From contig CBDESU010000002.1 of NCBI GenBank assembly GCA_965242695.1, positions 320,001 to 384,000 on the forward strand: a stretch of DNA of 64,000 nucleotides, written 5' to 3'. The translations under genes and the position numbers were made by a program. Origin of the DNA: Cenarchaeum sp. (GTDB lineage: Archaea; Thermoproteota; Nitrososphaeria; Nitrososphaerales; Nitrosopumilaceae). The notes beneath the pieces are model-generated. The model had not been told where the DNA came from and searched no databases. It saw only the letters and a list, made by a program, of their open reading frames with translations. Below are positions 50,878 to 61,800 of the stretch, piece by piece; the stretch's first letter is position 1, and every line of letters begins with the position of its first letter.

Positions 50878-51771
50878 ATGAGGGGAGAGGGGGCCGAAGG
50901 GCCGCACGGCGCGAGCCGCGGCCTGAGGCGGCGGCTTTCCAACCCGACCACGCGCAGGGCAATGGCCGCTTGGAGGGGGGCGTCGGCCTGGGCGGTGGCC
51001 AACGCATGGCGGCGGCCGGCCGCGGCCATCGCATACCGCAGAAGGTTCGTCACGGGATACACCGCAGACTACTATACGGCCAGGCGCGAGATGCCCGAGA
51101 CCGCATCCTGGTACAGGGGCATCTTCGGGCCGGCGAACATGGGCGCGGCCCTGTGCTACGCTTTGGGCGCGACATCGTACGGCAGGGTGCAAAAGATACT
51201 GGACATTGACGACAACGAGTGCAGGGCCATGCCCGACAACACGTCCGCAAAGGAGCAGGCCGAGGCGATACGCACGTCGGCTACGCGGAGTCCAATGCTT
51301 GCGTTCGACATAGGGTGCGGCCGCGGCGAGATCGCCGCCACCCTGACGCACCTCGGAATCCGCGCCGTGGCGGTGGATCCGTCGGCGGCGGCAGGGGGGC
51401 TGGTCGAGCAGACGGCGGGCAGGTTCTACGGGATACCTCCAGGCGGGGTCGAGTTTGTACAGGCCACGGGACTGGCCGCGCTGCGCGGGAGCCAAGAGGT
51501 GCCGGACACTGTAATATTCTGCGAGAGCGTGGAGCACATACCAATGGGCGAGCTGCACGAGACGTTCGAGTGGATGAGGGACAGGGACAGCACCGCGGAC
51601 TGGGGGATCCGCGCGGTGATCACAAACTGGCCCGACTTCCATCCCATACGCGCAGAGCCTGGCGACTGGGATCACGTGCACGACGTCGACGACGAGCTGT
51701 ACGACCGCCTAGCATCGACGGCGAGGAGGACCGTAGTCAGGCACGGATCCCACCTCGTCCTGGACTTTTAG
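50878..51771 (+). CDS. class I SAM-dependent methyltransferase
   Basis: FDIGCGRG, AVDPS, DTVIFCESVEHI; start uncertain. Confidence 0.75.
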   Translation: MRGEGAEGPHGASRGLRRRLSNPTTRRAMAAWRGASAWAVANAWRRPAAAIAYRRRFVTGYTADYYTARREMPETASWYRGIFGPANMGAALCYALGATSYGRVQKILDIDDNECRAMPDNTSAKEQAEAIRTSATRSPMLAFDIGCGRGEIAATLTHLGIRAVAVDPSAAAGGLVEQTAGRFYGIPPGGVEFVQATGLAALRGSQEVPDTVIFCESVEHIPMGELHETFEWMRDRDSTADWGIRAVITNWPDFHPIRAEPGDWDHVHDVDDELYDRLASTARRTVVRHGSHLVLDF

Positions 51772-51846
51772 TAGCTTCAAGACTCCCGCACGGTGTACAT
51801 CTGGCGCCGGCCTGCCGGCAAGGGCGCAAATTGCCTGCAGTGGGCT

Positions 51847-52497
51847 TTAGCGAGTGTCCTGCGCGGCACTCCCGTCTCGCCCGGGTTCGCCCGGCGCGGC
51901 GGCGCCGGAGGTCTCCTTGCCGGGTTCGCCCGGCGCGGCGGCGCCGGAGGTCTCCTTGCCGGGGGCGCCCGGCGCTGCGGGCCCGTCCCACCTCCGGCCG
52001 CCGCCCGGCGTACCGGCGCCGGGCACCGTATGGCTGTCGGGGCTCCGCACCCCCTCCCTGTCGAGCGCGTCAGTGGCCGCCTCGCCCCCCCTGTACCTTA
52101 CAAGGGCCGCCTTGATCTTCACCAGCTCGTCCTTCATCTCGGGATGCCGGGTCGACAGGATCATCAGGTCCACCCACATGTGCAGGTACAGCTCGTGGAA
52201 GACCTCCTTCGAGTTGGGCACGATGGTGTTGATGTACGGATTGAGGTGCGTGAGGTTGCGCGCCTCGATCTTTTGCTGCGTGCGGTTGTGGCGGTGCCCG
52301 ACAAGGATGGACACGGGCACTATGACGGCCATCATGCCCACCGCGAACCAGATCACGGGATAGTCCTTGAACCAGTCGGTCAGGCCGTGGAGCAGCAGCA
52401 CGAAGTTGGCAAAGCCGAATATGAACGCCATGTACGTGCCGTATCCGATGCGCATCTCGAACCAGCGGCGGCCGACCCAGTCGGTGGTGACCCTCAT
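51847..52497 (-). CDS. 2-TM membrane protein with repetitive C-tail
   Basis: WFEMRIGYGTY...HNRTQQKIE...NPY; 39-bp repeats in the tail. Confidence 0.7.
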   Translation of the reverse strand: MRVTTDWVGRRWFEMRIGYGTYMAFIFGFANFVLLLHGLTDWFKDYPVIWFAVGMMAVIVPVSILVGHRHNRTQQKIEARNLTHLNPYINTIVPNSKEVFHELYLHMWVDLMILSTRHPEMKDELVKIKAALVRYRGGEAATDALDREGVRSPDSHTVPGAGTPGGGRRWDGPAAPGAPGKETSGAAAPGEPGKETSGAAAPGEPGRDGSAAQDTR

Positions 52498-52559
52498 GCC
52501 CCGGTAGCCTCCGCGCACTGGCAACGCCGTGCCGTCTTGTCGCTTACCAATGGTATCAC

Positions 52560-53024
52560 CTACAGTCCCTCCTTTTGGAGCGACTCCATGGCCCCCTCGC
52601 CGTCCAGAATCCTGCGGCATGCCCTTCCGATGGCCCTGATGCGCGCTGCCAGGTCGGGGTCGCCGAACTTTTCGGCCATCTCGGCCATCCAGGCCGCCTC
52701 GGTCAGCATTATGCGGATGGCAAACTCCTCCTTCGAGCCGGGTATGAGGTGGTTGATGTACGGGTTGAGGTGCGTGAGGTTGCGCGCCTCGATCTTTTGC
52801 TGCGTGCGGTTGTGGCGGTATCCAACTATGACGGCGATGGGAATGATGGAGGCCACGGCTGCAAGTGCAAACCAGTGTAGGGGGTAGTCCTTGAACCAGT
52901 CGGTCAGGCCGTGGAGGATGAGGATGAAGTTGCCGAACCCGAATACGAACCCCAGGTACGTCCCGTAGCCCATGCGCATCTCGAACCACCTCCGGCCGAT
53001 CCACTGCGAGTCCGGGCGGTTCAT
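52560..53024 (-). CDS. 2-TM membrane protein (tandem paralog of 51847-52497)
   Basis: WFEMRMGYGTY...HNRTQQKIEARNLTHLNPY. Confidence 0.7.
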   Translation of the reverse strand: MNRPDSQWIGRRWFEMRMGYGTYLGFVFGFGNFILILHGLTDWFKDYPLHWFALAAVASIIPIAVIVGYRHNRTQQKIEARNLTHLNPYINHLIPGSKEEFAIRIMLTEAAWMAEMAEKFGDPDLAARIRAIGRACRRILDGEGAMESLQKEGL

Positions 53025-53529
53025 CGCGGGATCCCTCCCGGTATAGCGCGGCTGCACCTCATTGCAGCTTGCCGGCCGCGTGGGCCGGCCGGATATACCT
53101 TGCGTGGGCCGGCGGGCCCGGGGTCCCCGCCCCACGGGACGGGCGCGGAGGGCGGGCCGCGGATGCGCCCGCGGCCCTCCCGGAGCGGGGCGGACGGCTG
53201 GGCCGCGCAGGCGATCGCCGGCGTTCGGGCCGCGTGCAGGTAGATCATGCGCCCGCCCTCCCATGCGCCTGCGGGCGCAGCCCGCGGCTCGGGCCGCATC
53301 GCGCCGCCGCGCAGCGCCGTGCGGGGCGCCGCGCCTGATGCGATCGCCCTCCCGGGGGCGGTGGCCCCGGGCGGATGCGATCGCCGGATGCGATCGCCCT
53401 CCCGGGGGCGGTGGCCCGACAGGGCGGGGCGCCGCCAGCGCCGGCGGCCGGCCCGCAGGGGCCGGATGCGGCAGCGGCGGACCGCCGCCCCGCACTGCCG
53501 GGATTAATGCCCGTCCAGCCGCCGCCCGG

Positions 53530-53760
53530 GGGCCCGCGGCGGGAACCTGCGCAGTGCCGGCAGCGGACAGGGGCGCCCCCCGGTGGCCGGCCGCCGCCTC
53601 CAACCCCACAGCCGGCAGGACTGCCGCGCCCGGGGCCTCTTTCCGGCCCGGCATCCGCCCGTTCAGGCGGCGCTACCACCGGGCGGAGCGATCGTGCCGG
53701 GCGGAGCGATCGTGCCGGGCGGAGCGATCGTGCCGGGCCCACGGGACGGCGCGCCGCGGC
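53530..53760. repeat. imperfect ~230-bp direct repeat, copy 1 (includes 18-bp x3 tandem at about 53681-53738)
   Basis: GCCGGCAGCGGACAGGGGCGCCCCC...CCGGCCCGGCATCCGCCCG...GCGATCGTGCCGGGC shared with 56585-56780. Confidence 0.75.
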
Positions 53761-54017
53761 GGCGCAGGCTGTGCGCAGGGCGGCCCGCCTGGCGGGGCGG
53801 CGACGGCCGGCTTCTTGGGCGGCATGCTGCCCAAAGCTGAGGAGAGCCGTGCCGGCCGCCGGCTCCGGCAGGTCGGGCAGCGCTACAGGAGGCCAAGAGC
53901 GCCCCCGGTGAGGGGCAGGGTGCAGGGGCCTCAGGTTGAGCCCCGGCGGAGCGGCGGCGGCCGCCACACGCCCGCGCAGGAGCGCCCGTAGCGGGTCAGT
54001 GAGAGAGGCGCGACGGG

Positions 54018-56276
54018 TCATGCCCCGCTCGCCTCCCCGACAAGTTCCCGCACAGACCTGTAGAGGTCGGACAGATGGCGGCTGGGCATGTCGAGTATCG
54101 GCTCGTACATGAACGAGTTGATGTGGATCGCCTCGGGAGTCATCAGGGCCACGTCGTCGAGCGTCTTCAGCTCCCTGTCCTCTTGCTCGTTCAGGGAACG
54201 CCCCTCGGCCCTCGCCTTTTCTTTCAGCGCCTTCTTGTGCTCGTCTATCCAGTCGCGGATGTTGATCTCGTCGTGCACCGGAGGGGCGCGCCCTTCCAGC
54301 AGCCGGCCCGCAAGGAGGCGCGCGGCAAGGAGGCGCGCGGCTATGGAGAGGACGATCTTTTCCTTGAGCACGCCCTCTGTGCGCGCCCGCGAGCACCTTT
54401 CGGCCTCGCAGATGATCGTGTCAAAGACCGTATCGCCCCTGGGAATCCCCTTGTCGTGCACCTTGGCCTTGGGAAACGTCTTGTCAAGTACGTCCAAGAG
54501 CGCGCCGACGGTGGCCCGGTCCGTCCCCTCCCGCCAGTGCAGGAGGCGGGTAAGCTCTGTGTAACGACAGTCTTTTGCGCCGCGGGTGTACTCTACGATG
54601 TTTCTTGCGAATGCAATGGATGCGACCAGGTTGGCAGGCTTTGCCAGGTCGCCTATGAGCGCGTCCAGCGGGCTGTCGGGGATTTTGGCCGGCGCCAGGG
54701 TCGTCTTCCTCGCTTTCTTGTCGACAAGGAATATCTGCTTGCCGTCTACGATGTCACGGCTTTTGATCGTCCTTAGAAAGTCGAAGTTGTGCGTGAGTAG
54801 TACCATGTAAAAGTTTTGGTCGCTGAGAACCTCCTTGAGGTAGTGCACTATGGCGTACTTGTTCTTGTAGTCGAACGAGTCGACGAGGTCGTCGAGCACC
54901 ACGACTGTTTCCCTTCCCGTGCCGATCTGCCTTTTGACCTCAAAGAGCATGTTCAGTATGTACAGGGCGCGCCTCTCGCCGTCGCTGAGCACGACTTTTA
55001 GCTGCTCGCGCTTGACCTCCTTTCTCCGGGCTTTTTCCCCGTCTCCCGGGGCCTCGTCCCTGTACGTGAACTGGAGCGCTGGGATTTCCGTCCCGAGCAC
55101 CGCCTCGGCCTGGTTGGTCACGTCGAGCTCGAACGGGGCGTGGAAGCGGCGCCGGAACTCTGCTACGATCGACCTCCACTCGGTCTCCTGCGACCTGGCC
55201 TCATCGGCAATCTCGCCGAGCCTCTGCTTGACTTGGCGGTACTGCCCGCAGAGGGCTGCAACGGCGTTGTTTTCGGCCGCAAAGTACGATATCCACAGGT
55301 CCCTCTTTAGCGATCCGGGGTGGGCCAGCCTCGGAATAAGCCAGCGGTTTGCCGCCAGCAGCCGGCGAAAGTCGGTCAGCTTCGTGGTGCGCGCCAGCAG
55401 CTTGTCCATCTCGGCCCAGTCGTCGTCGAGCTCCTTTTCAATGGTGTCCAGCTCGCTCTTTATGAGGCCTTCGAGCTCTTTCGGACCTCGGATCTCCTCC
55501 GCCTTGTCGTCGCGTCCCTCTTTGGGGTTCATTACGATCATGTGCTTTGCGTCAAAGAACCCCGCATTTTTCAGGCTTTTCTGGATGCCCGTTGCCGCGT
55601 GGTGGTCGAACTGCCCGCTCAGGAACCGGGACGACTCCACCAGCATGTCGTGGCGCTCTACGTACCTGTCAAGGAGCCTCTGAAAGTCCGCGGTGCCGAA
55701 CACCCTCTTTGTGTCGTCGTTGAACACCTCCACGTACTTTATGGCCCTGATCTGCTCGGACTCTGACGGATCGTGGCCGTCGTGTCCTAGCAGCAGCTCG
55801 TAGATCTCCCCCTTGTGGTAGTCGATGCGGCAAAAGTCCTCTAGTATGGTGTCCGGCATGCTGGTCTTGACGACGCCGGACAGGGCGTTGAGTTGCACCA
55901 CAAGGTGGCCCAGGCCCTTCTTCAGGCCCGCCAGGATGTCGCCGTATTCCTCGCTCAGGGCCTTGTCGACCAGGATGCCCGCCGAGGCCTGCACCTCGTC
56001 TAGCGCGTCGGCCGGATCGAACACCATTATGGCATCGGGGTCGATCGCCACGCCGTCGCACTGAATTTCGTGGCTGGATATCTCGTCGGTGAATATCCTG
56101 TCCCTGTGCTTGTCGTTGTTTTTGTCCCTTGCGTCCTTGAAGACGTGCGCTAGCGACGACTTCATGGTCCCGTTCGATGCGTATATCGCCGCGTTGTTGC
56201 CGCTGTCGAAGTGGAGCGTGGCCTTCATGCTGCGTATGCCGTAGCAGTTTTTGATGTCCAGACTTAGTTTCTTCAT
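54018..56276 (-). CDS. RloC/AAA_13-like ABC-ATPase (putative anticodon-nuclease-type defence protein)
   Basis: IYASNGTMKSS, coiled coil, LSDGERRA, VLDDLVDSFD, LTHNFDF. Confidence 0.7.
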   Translation of the reverse strand: MKKLSLDIKNCYGIRSMKATLHFDSGNNAAIYASNGTMKSSLAHVFKDARDKNNDKHRDRIFTDEISSHEIQCDGVAIDPDAIMVFDPADALDEVQASAGILVDKALSEEYGDILAGLKKGLGHLVVQLNALSGVVKTSMPDTILEDFCRIDYHKGEIYELLLGHDGHDPSESEQIRAIKYVEVFNDDTKRVFGTADFQRLLDRYVERHDMLVESSRFLSGQFDHHAATGIQKSLKNAGFFDAKHMIVMNPKEGRDDKAEEIRGPKELEGLIKSELDTIEKELDDDWAEMDKLLARTTKLTDFRRLLAANRWLIPRLAHPGSLKRDLWISYFAAENNAVAALCGQYRQVKQRLGEIADEARSQETEWRSIVAEFRRRFHAPFELDVTNQAEAVLGTEIPALQFTYRDEAPGDGEKARRKEVKREQLKVVLSDGERRALYILNMLFEVKRQIGTGRETVVVLDDLVDSFDYKNKYAIVHYLKEVLSDQNFYMVLLTHNFDFLRTIKSRDIVDGKQIFLVDKKARKTTLAPAKIPDSPLDALIGDLAKPANLVASIAFARNIVEYTRGAKDCRYTELTRLLHWREGTDRATVGALLDVLDKTFPKAKVHDKGIPRGDTVFDTIICEAERCSRARTEGVLKEKIVLSIAARLLAARLLAGRLLEGRAPPVHDEINIRDWIDEHKKALKEKARAEGRSLNEQEDRELKTLDDVALMTPEAIHINSFMYEPILDMPSRHLSDLYRSVRELVGEASGA

Positions 56277-56584
56277 GCAGGGTCACTCCTGTAGCGGCCC
56301 TGCGGCGGGGGGAGGGGGCGACCAGCTTGAGAACGCTGCCCCTGCGGCAGGGGGGCGGCCGCGCGGGCGGGAGATCGGGCAGGCCCGTCCGGTCCATAGA
56401 TCGGCCGGGCGGGCGGGCGATCGCAAGCGCCCGGCCCGCCGCCCGGTGCCGCGCCGCCATGCAGGGAGCGCGGGGCGCGGGCAGAACGGGCGGCGCGGGC
56501 GGGCGGCGCCCCTGAAAGGCAACCGCCGGGAGGAGCCGCGGCCGCGCGGGCGGGCCGCTCCTCCCGCCCCCGCCCCGCCCCCAA

Positions 56585-56780
56585 TGGCCCGCGGCGCGGG
56601 TGCGCGCAACGCCGGCAGCGGACAGGGGCGCCCCCTGCCGTGCGCCGCCTCCGGCCCCCCTGCGGCCGGCCTGCCGCACACGAGGCATCCCCCGGCCCGG
56701 CATCCGCCCGCATCCGTCCGTCCCGGCTGCTCTACCGGGCGGGGCGATCGTGCCGGGCACACCGGACGGCGCGCTACGGT
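56585..56780. repeat. imperfect direct repeat, copy 2
   Basis: same conserved blocks as 53530-53760, same orientation. Confidence 0.75.
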
Positions 56781-57475
56781 GCGGGCTGGACGGGGCGCGG
56801 GCGCGGGCGCTATTGCCGGCAGGAATGCCGCCGGAACTTGGATGTTGAGCGCGGGACGATCGCCTTGTGCCGCGGCGTGGAGGTAGGCGTCCCGGGCGGC
56901 ATGCAGCTCCAAGCTGAAGAGGGTCGCACCCCTAGCCGGCGCCGGCAGGCTTGACAGCGCGGCGTGATGGCAAAGGGGAACGGCGGCGCCCCGGACTGTC
57001 CAATTCGCGCGGGCCCGCCGGCACGTGGAACCTGCAAGGACTAACCTCTTCGCGGCCTGCACGGCGACGCGGAAGGCGGGGTCGTCGGACACACCAATCA
57101 CTGCCCTCCCACCTCTTTCCTGTTCGGCATGGCGGCGGCGCTGGTTGGCGCGCGGGCCCGCGAGGCCGCCTCGGGCGCATGCGCGCATGCGCGCTTGGCT
57201 CCGCCCGGGCCGTAGTACCGATACACGCGCTTGGCGGCATCGACGGCGCAGGCCGAGCGCGGCAACACTCCTGCTTGATGCCTCGATTCACACGTGGCGG
57301 CAGTGTAGCCGTAGCAGGATCCTGCGGGGGAGGCGATCATGAAATGCAGCCATGACGTGTGCACCCGCGCCGGTGCACTACCATACTTCCGCGCGTAGCA
57401 CCGCCCTCGCCCGTTGCCCAATGGCATTTTTACACCGCGAGGTGCGACCCAGCTGGTGTTTGCAACGCCGTCCAT

Positions 57476-58642
57476 CTAGATCATCCCCGAACCGGCCCCC
57501 GTGCCCGCATCCGTCTCATGGTAGGAGGGATCGTCGTTGATTGCTGATCTTATCCTGTCAATTATGCCATCCATGTCATCCCCGTCAAGCTTCCTATTGA
57601 TTATGTGAACGTCCCTCCGCTTGCCGCTGGATTCAAGCGTAATTTGACGCGGAAATTTTCCACTCCATCCGCCTTTGTCTTGGTATGTAGACTTCTCGTT
57701 CAAGGCGTTGCCCCTGAAATCGGCTGCGGCAGTGGGACTTAGCACGACTAGGGTCTTGCCGGCTTTTGCAAATTTAATCAGCCTTTCGCATATGTGCGGG
57801 TCTCTAAAGGAATATCCTATTACAATGCAGGCATCAAATGCCGGGAGGATATGTTCGAATCGGCGCAGGATTGTTGCGTACGGCTCTCTCTGGGTTGCTT
57901 CACCCTTGGTGTCCAGCGAGGGGCGTATGTATATGTCACGGGCGCGGTCGTCCGACGCGGTTGTGTCAGGCTTGTGGAGTATGGATCCTTGGTCGCCGGA
58001 GTCGTCTGCTAGCCAGCTCATAGATCCGTGTAGCTTGTAGAGAAACACTTTTGTGCTGAAATCATCGTTTTGGGGGGAAAACTTACCGTCCCAGATAAGA
58101 GTGCGTCTCGCAGCGTGGAGCTTGAAGCCGTCGACGCATTCAATGTCATGGTCGGGTTGTGCACAATATTCCTCTATGACTGTGTCGTAGTTTGTGGTAA
58201 AAACAGTAATGTGCCCCTTCCTTGATTTTGCAAGATCGAAAAGCGGCCGCAAAATTTTTTCGGCGCTCTCGTTGTTGGACACATTCCACTTGTAGTTCTG
58301 GGTTATCAGTCGCTCGATGATCTCTTTGGAGGCTTGGGAATCCTCTACGTACGTACGAAACCTTTCTACGGCAAGCATGTACGAATGTTTGTCGCGTGTT
58401 TCCTCACTAGGTGCGGTTTTTATGAACTTTTCGTAGAGCTGCCCTGCGGGGGAATGCATGAAGCCGAGTAGTTGATCAAGTGTGGATAGGACATGTTCAA
58501 TGTCTGGGAACCGGTCGGAGTCCAAGAGGTCCTCGCGAGGAAAGTCCGAATCGCCGCGCCTTATCTTGTCCCGCAGATCCTTCGTGGTCGGCATGCCGTA
58601 CGGGACGGACGCCCCTGCGCCCAGGAAGAGTGCGATTCTCAT
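57476..58642 (-). CDS. SIR2-like (SIR2_2) NADase-family protein
   Basis: FLGAGAS...PT, TTNYD, KLHGS, IGYSFRD. Confidence 0.85.
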   Translation of the reverse strand: MRIALFLGAGASVPYGMPTTKDLRDKIRRGDSDFPREDLLDSDRFPDIEHVLSTLDQLLGFMHSPAGQLYEKFIKTAPSEETRDKHSYMLAVERFRTYVEDSQASKEIIERLITQNYKWNVSNNESAEKILRPLFDLAKSRKGHITVFTTNYDTVIEEYCAQPDHDIECVDGFKLHAARRTLIWDGKFSPQNDDFSTKVFLYKLHGSMSWLADDSGDQGSILHKPDTTASDDRARDIYIRPSLDTKGEATQREPYATILRRFEHILPAFDACIVIGYSFRDPHICERLIKFAKAGKTLVVLSPTAAADFRGNALNEKSTYQDKGGWSGKFPRQITLESSGKRRDVHIINRKLDGDDMDGIIDRIRSAINDDPSYHETDAGTGAGSGMI

Positions 58643-58824
58643 AGTGTTTCGGGCCTCCGTGCACGGCGCCGTGCATGCGTGCGGAGCGTGGCGATCCCCA
58701 CAATCGTCGTCTCAGGATCTCGGAACCGGCCCATCCTGCCGGGCGCAACCCGGTGGCACGGGACCGTGTCGCCGGCCTGCATGAGCAGTATCCTGCAAAG
58801 ATGACAAAGGGCCATGGGCATCAC

Positions 58825-61800
58825 CTACAGCACGTAGTGGTGGAGGGAGTAGTCCCCCTCCTCGCCCTTCACCGCGCCCCCGCGTATGTCCTCTATGAGG
58901 GACCTTACATTTGCCTCAAAGTCGGGCGAGGTCCCCTCGGTCGTCGTGACAAGGTCGGCTTCTAGGCCCAGCTGCCGGTACTCCAGCCTCTTTTGGCCCC
59001 ATCTGGCCATGTAGACGCTGCTGTGGGCAAGGCCTAGGTGCTCCAAGTAGTATCTGCCGTCGATCCTAAAGTCGGGCCTCATCCGGGACTCCTTGTACAG
59101 ATCGTCGGGCTCGTACTCGAAGTCGATGCCCGACTCGTCCAAGAGCTTGGCTATGATGTACTCGGCCTTTGACCGCACCTCGATGGAGCCGCCGCTACTG
59201 GTGGCAAGGCGGTACGACCTGAACGGCGAGCCCTTGGGGCCGAACATCAGCGTCCTCCTGCTGACGGTCGCAGAGTTCGCAAACGCCCGGCTGAACAGCA
59301 ACGGGAGCCTCTCGCGGAGGTCGCTCTTTACCAGCAGGCGCAGATCTTGCCTCGCGCGCGTCAGCGCGGTGTAGAGCAGCTCGCGGGACATGAACCTGCC
59401 CATGTCAGAGAGTACGAGAAAGACGTGGTCAAAGCCGCTGCCCTGCGCCCTGTGGACGGTTATGGTGTATCCCAGGTCCAAGTTTCTTTCTGCCCGCTCG
59501 TCCTGCGCCCTGTCCCCGCCGTCGATCTCCCTCTTCAGGACCCGGTCGTCTATGCTGTCGTAGTCTTTGCGGAGATCCTCGAGGTTGGCAAAGTGGGGCG
59601 TCCCGTTGCTCCTGACGTACCCCATTGAGCCGTTGGCCAGCCCAAGAACGCGGGTCCTGCGCGACTGCCGCACGGCGTACATGTACATGTTCTTTTCGCA
59701 GATAATCTTCGCACCGGGCCCGAGCGCGGGCCACCTCTCGTCGATGCGCTGGTTGGTGGCCGCCGTCCCAAACGGGCCGACGCGACGAGGCGAGAGTATC
59801 TGGATCTTGTCAAGATCCTCGCCCGCCGCCCCGGTTCCGGCGATAATTTCCCGGATCAGGTCGCGAACCGGCGCGGTGCCGGCCTGCCCGCCGCGGCCAG
59901 CTATCGTCGACAGGCCCCCCGACATGGCCCTCTCCAGCCCGTCAGCGTCGTCAAAGTACGCGATGGCCAGCGACGCGTCGGGGCTGGCGCTTTCGCCATC
60001 CTCCGCGCGCGCTATGGCGTGCTTGATCTCGGGCAGGGACGGCTCCTTGTCGTCCTCGAACAGCGCGGCCAGGCCGCCTAGCGCCGTGTCAGTGCTGAAC
60101 CTGAGGTTGCCCTCGAGCCGCAGGTGGCGCTCGTCGCGGTCCGTCTTCTTCAGGTGGTGTATGATGTCGGTAAACGGCGAGCCGTATCCGATGGGCGGAA
60201 GCTGCCGCTCGTCGCCTGCAATCATCAGGTGCTTCAGCTTCTGGCGCGACACGACAGACAAGAGTGCCGCCATGTGCTTTTGATCCACCATCGAGGCCTC
60301 GTCGATGATCAGGGCGCGCGGCGTAATCTGCACCTTGGATGCATACTCCCGAAACTCGTCAAAGTGTGACGGCCCCAGGTCTAGAAATGCCTTCAGCGAC
60401 TCTTTGTAGTTTTTGTACAGGCCCGGAGTAGGGCTGTGCTTTCCTACCGACACGTACAGGAGGCGGTCTATGGTAGTGACTTCGACGGAACCGCCCTCGC
60501 CGAGCTGCCCGTCCTTTTTGAGCCTGGCGGCTATGACAAGGGCCGCCTTGCCGGTCGGGGTCACTACGTAGATGGGCCCGACACCGTCCCTCCTAAGCCT
60601 CTTTATGATCGCGGCGATCGCATCTGTCTTTCCGCTGCCCGCCTTGCCGGATAGCACAAACAGCCCGCCGGAGAGCGCCGCAGAGTAAGCGTCTTTGCGG
60701 CGCTGCACCTCCTCCGCGGACAGAGATTTGAGGGCATGCGCCGACAGGTCGTCGTTCTGCCAAGGACTATCCAGATCGTGGTTTTTTGCCAGCATTCCGC
60801 CGACGAACTTCTCGATAGACTCTTCCATGCGCCTCATGCCCCCGAGCTGGTAGTGCGCACTCTCCTTTGAGCCGGGGTCGTCGGACACCGCAAAAGCCGA
60901 CGTAAATGTGGGGTCCTGTTCAAGGGTCTTGAGGCGGTTGCGCCCGACGCTCAGCTTTTTCCGTATGTAGTAGAGGGGGTAGTCCTCAAGCCCCTTTGCA
61001 ACTCCGCCTCGGTCCATGTACGTGGAGCCGGTTTCGTCGGCGTTGCAAACCAAAATATCCGCAACTGCAGCTCCAAGACGCTCTGGCGATTTTGCATCAA
61101 ACCCGTAGTCCCACGATGCGTAGTCGGGGTCGGGCAGCATGGCCATGTCGATCTGGTACAGCGAGAGGCCGCAGTCGAGCTCGTTGGCGTCCCAGTGGTT
61201 TTTGTTGCAGGCGCGGCGCTCCGCCAGCAGGTATGGGTTGCCCATCAGATCGTCAGATCCCTCGTCGTCAATCCGTTCCACTATGTAGATGGCCTGTGGC
61301 GCTGAAAGATCCAGGCGCGCACAAAACTCGAGATCGCCCCGCCGCCGTTGCAGCACCCTGTGCGCCTGCTTAAAGACGCCCTGTCTGGAATTGGCTCCCT
61401 GCTGCGGGTCGGGGGCAAGCGCACCGATGATGGCATCCATGTCGTTGTGCGATCTACCAGCTTCCACAATGTGGGGGATGACAGCCCCGAGTGCATCCTC
61501 GCCGAGAGTGTCCTTCAATATGGCGGTGGCCACGTTTCCAAGGCCCGGGTAGCGCCCGCGCTCCCGCCACGCAGACTCTAGCATGCGGTTCAACTTTTTC
61601 TCCATATCGTCTAGCCGGGCCGTCTCCACCACGCCGTCATTCTTCATCTGCATGACTGAGCGTTTCATCGTATAGAGGATGTAGAGGGCCTTGTCGGCCG
61701 GAATGTGCATCGAGGTGTACTTGAAGTGGGGCACGAGGTTGGGATCGGCCACGGGTATGGACACGTCCTTTAGACTGTCTTGTCTTTTTGTTTGCTCTTC

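Noticed and set aside
56283-57470. GC-rich ORFs between the ATPase and SIR2 genes
   Set aside because: No motifs, with Arg/Pro/Ala bias typical of non-coding GC-rich DNA; at most a decayed gene
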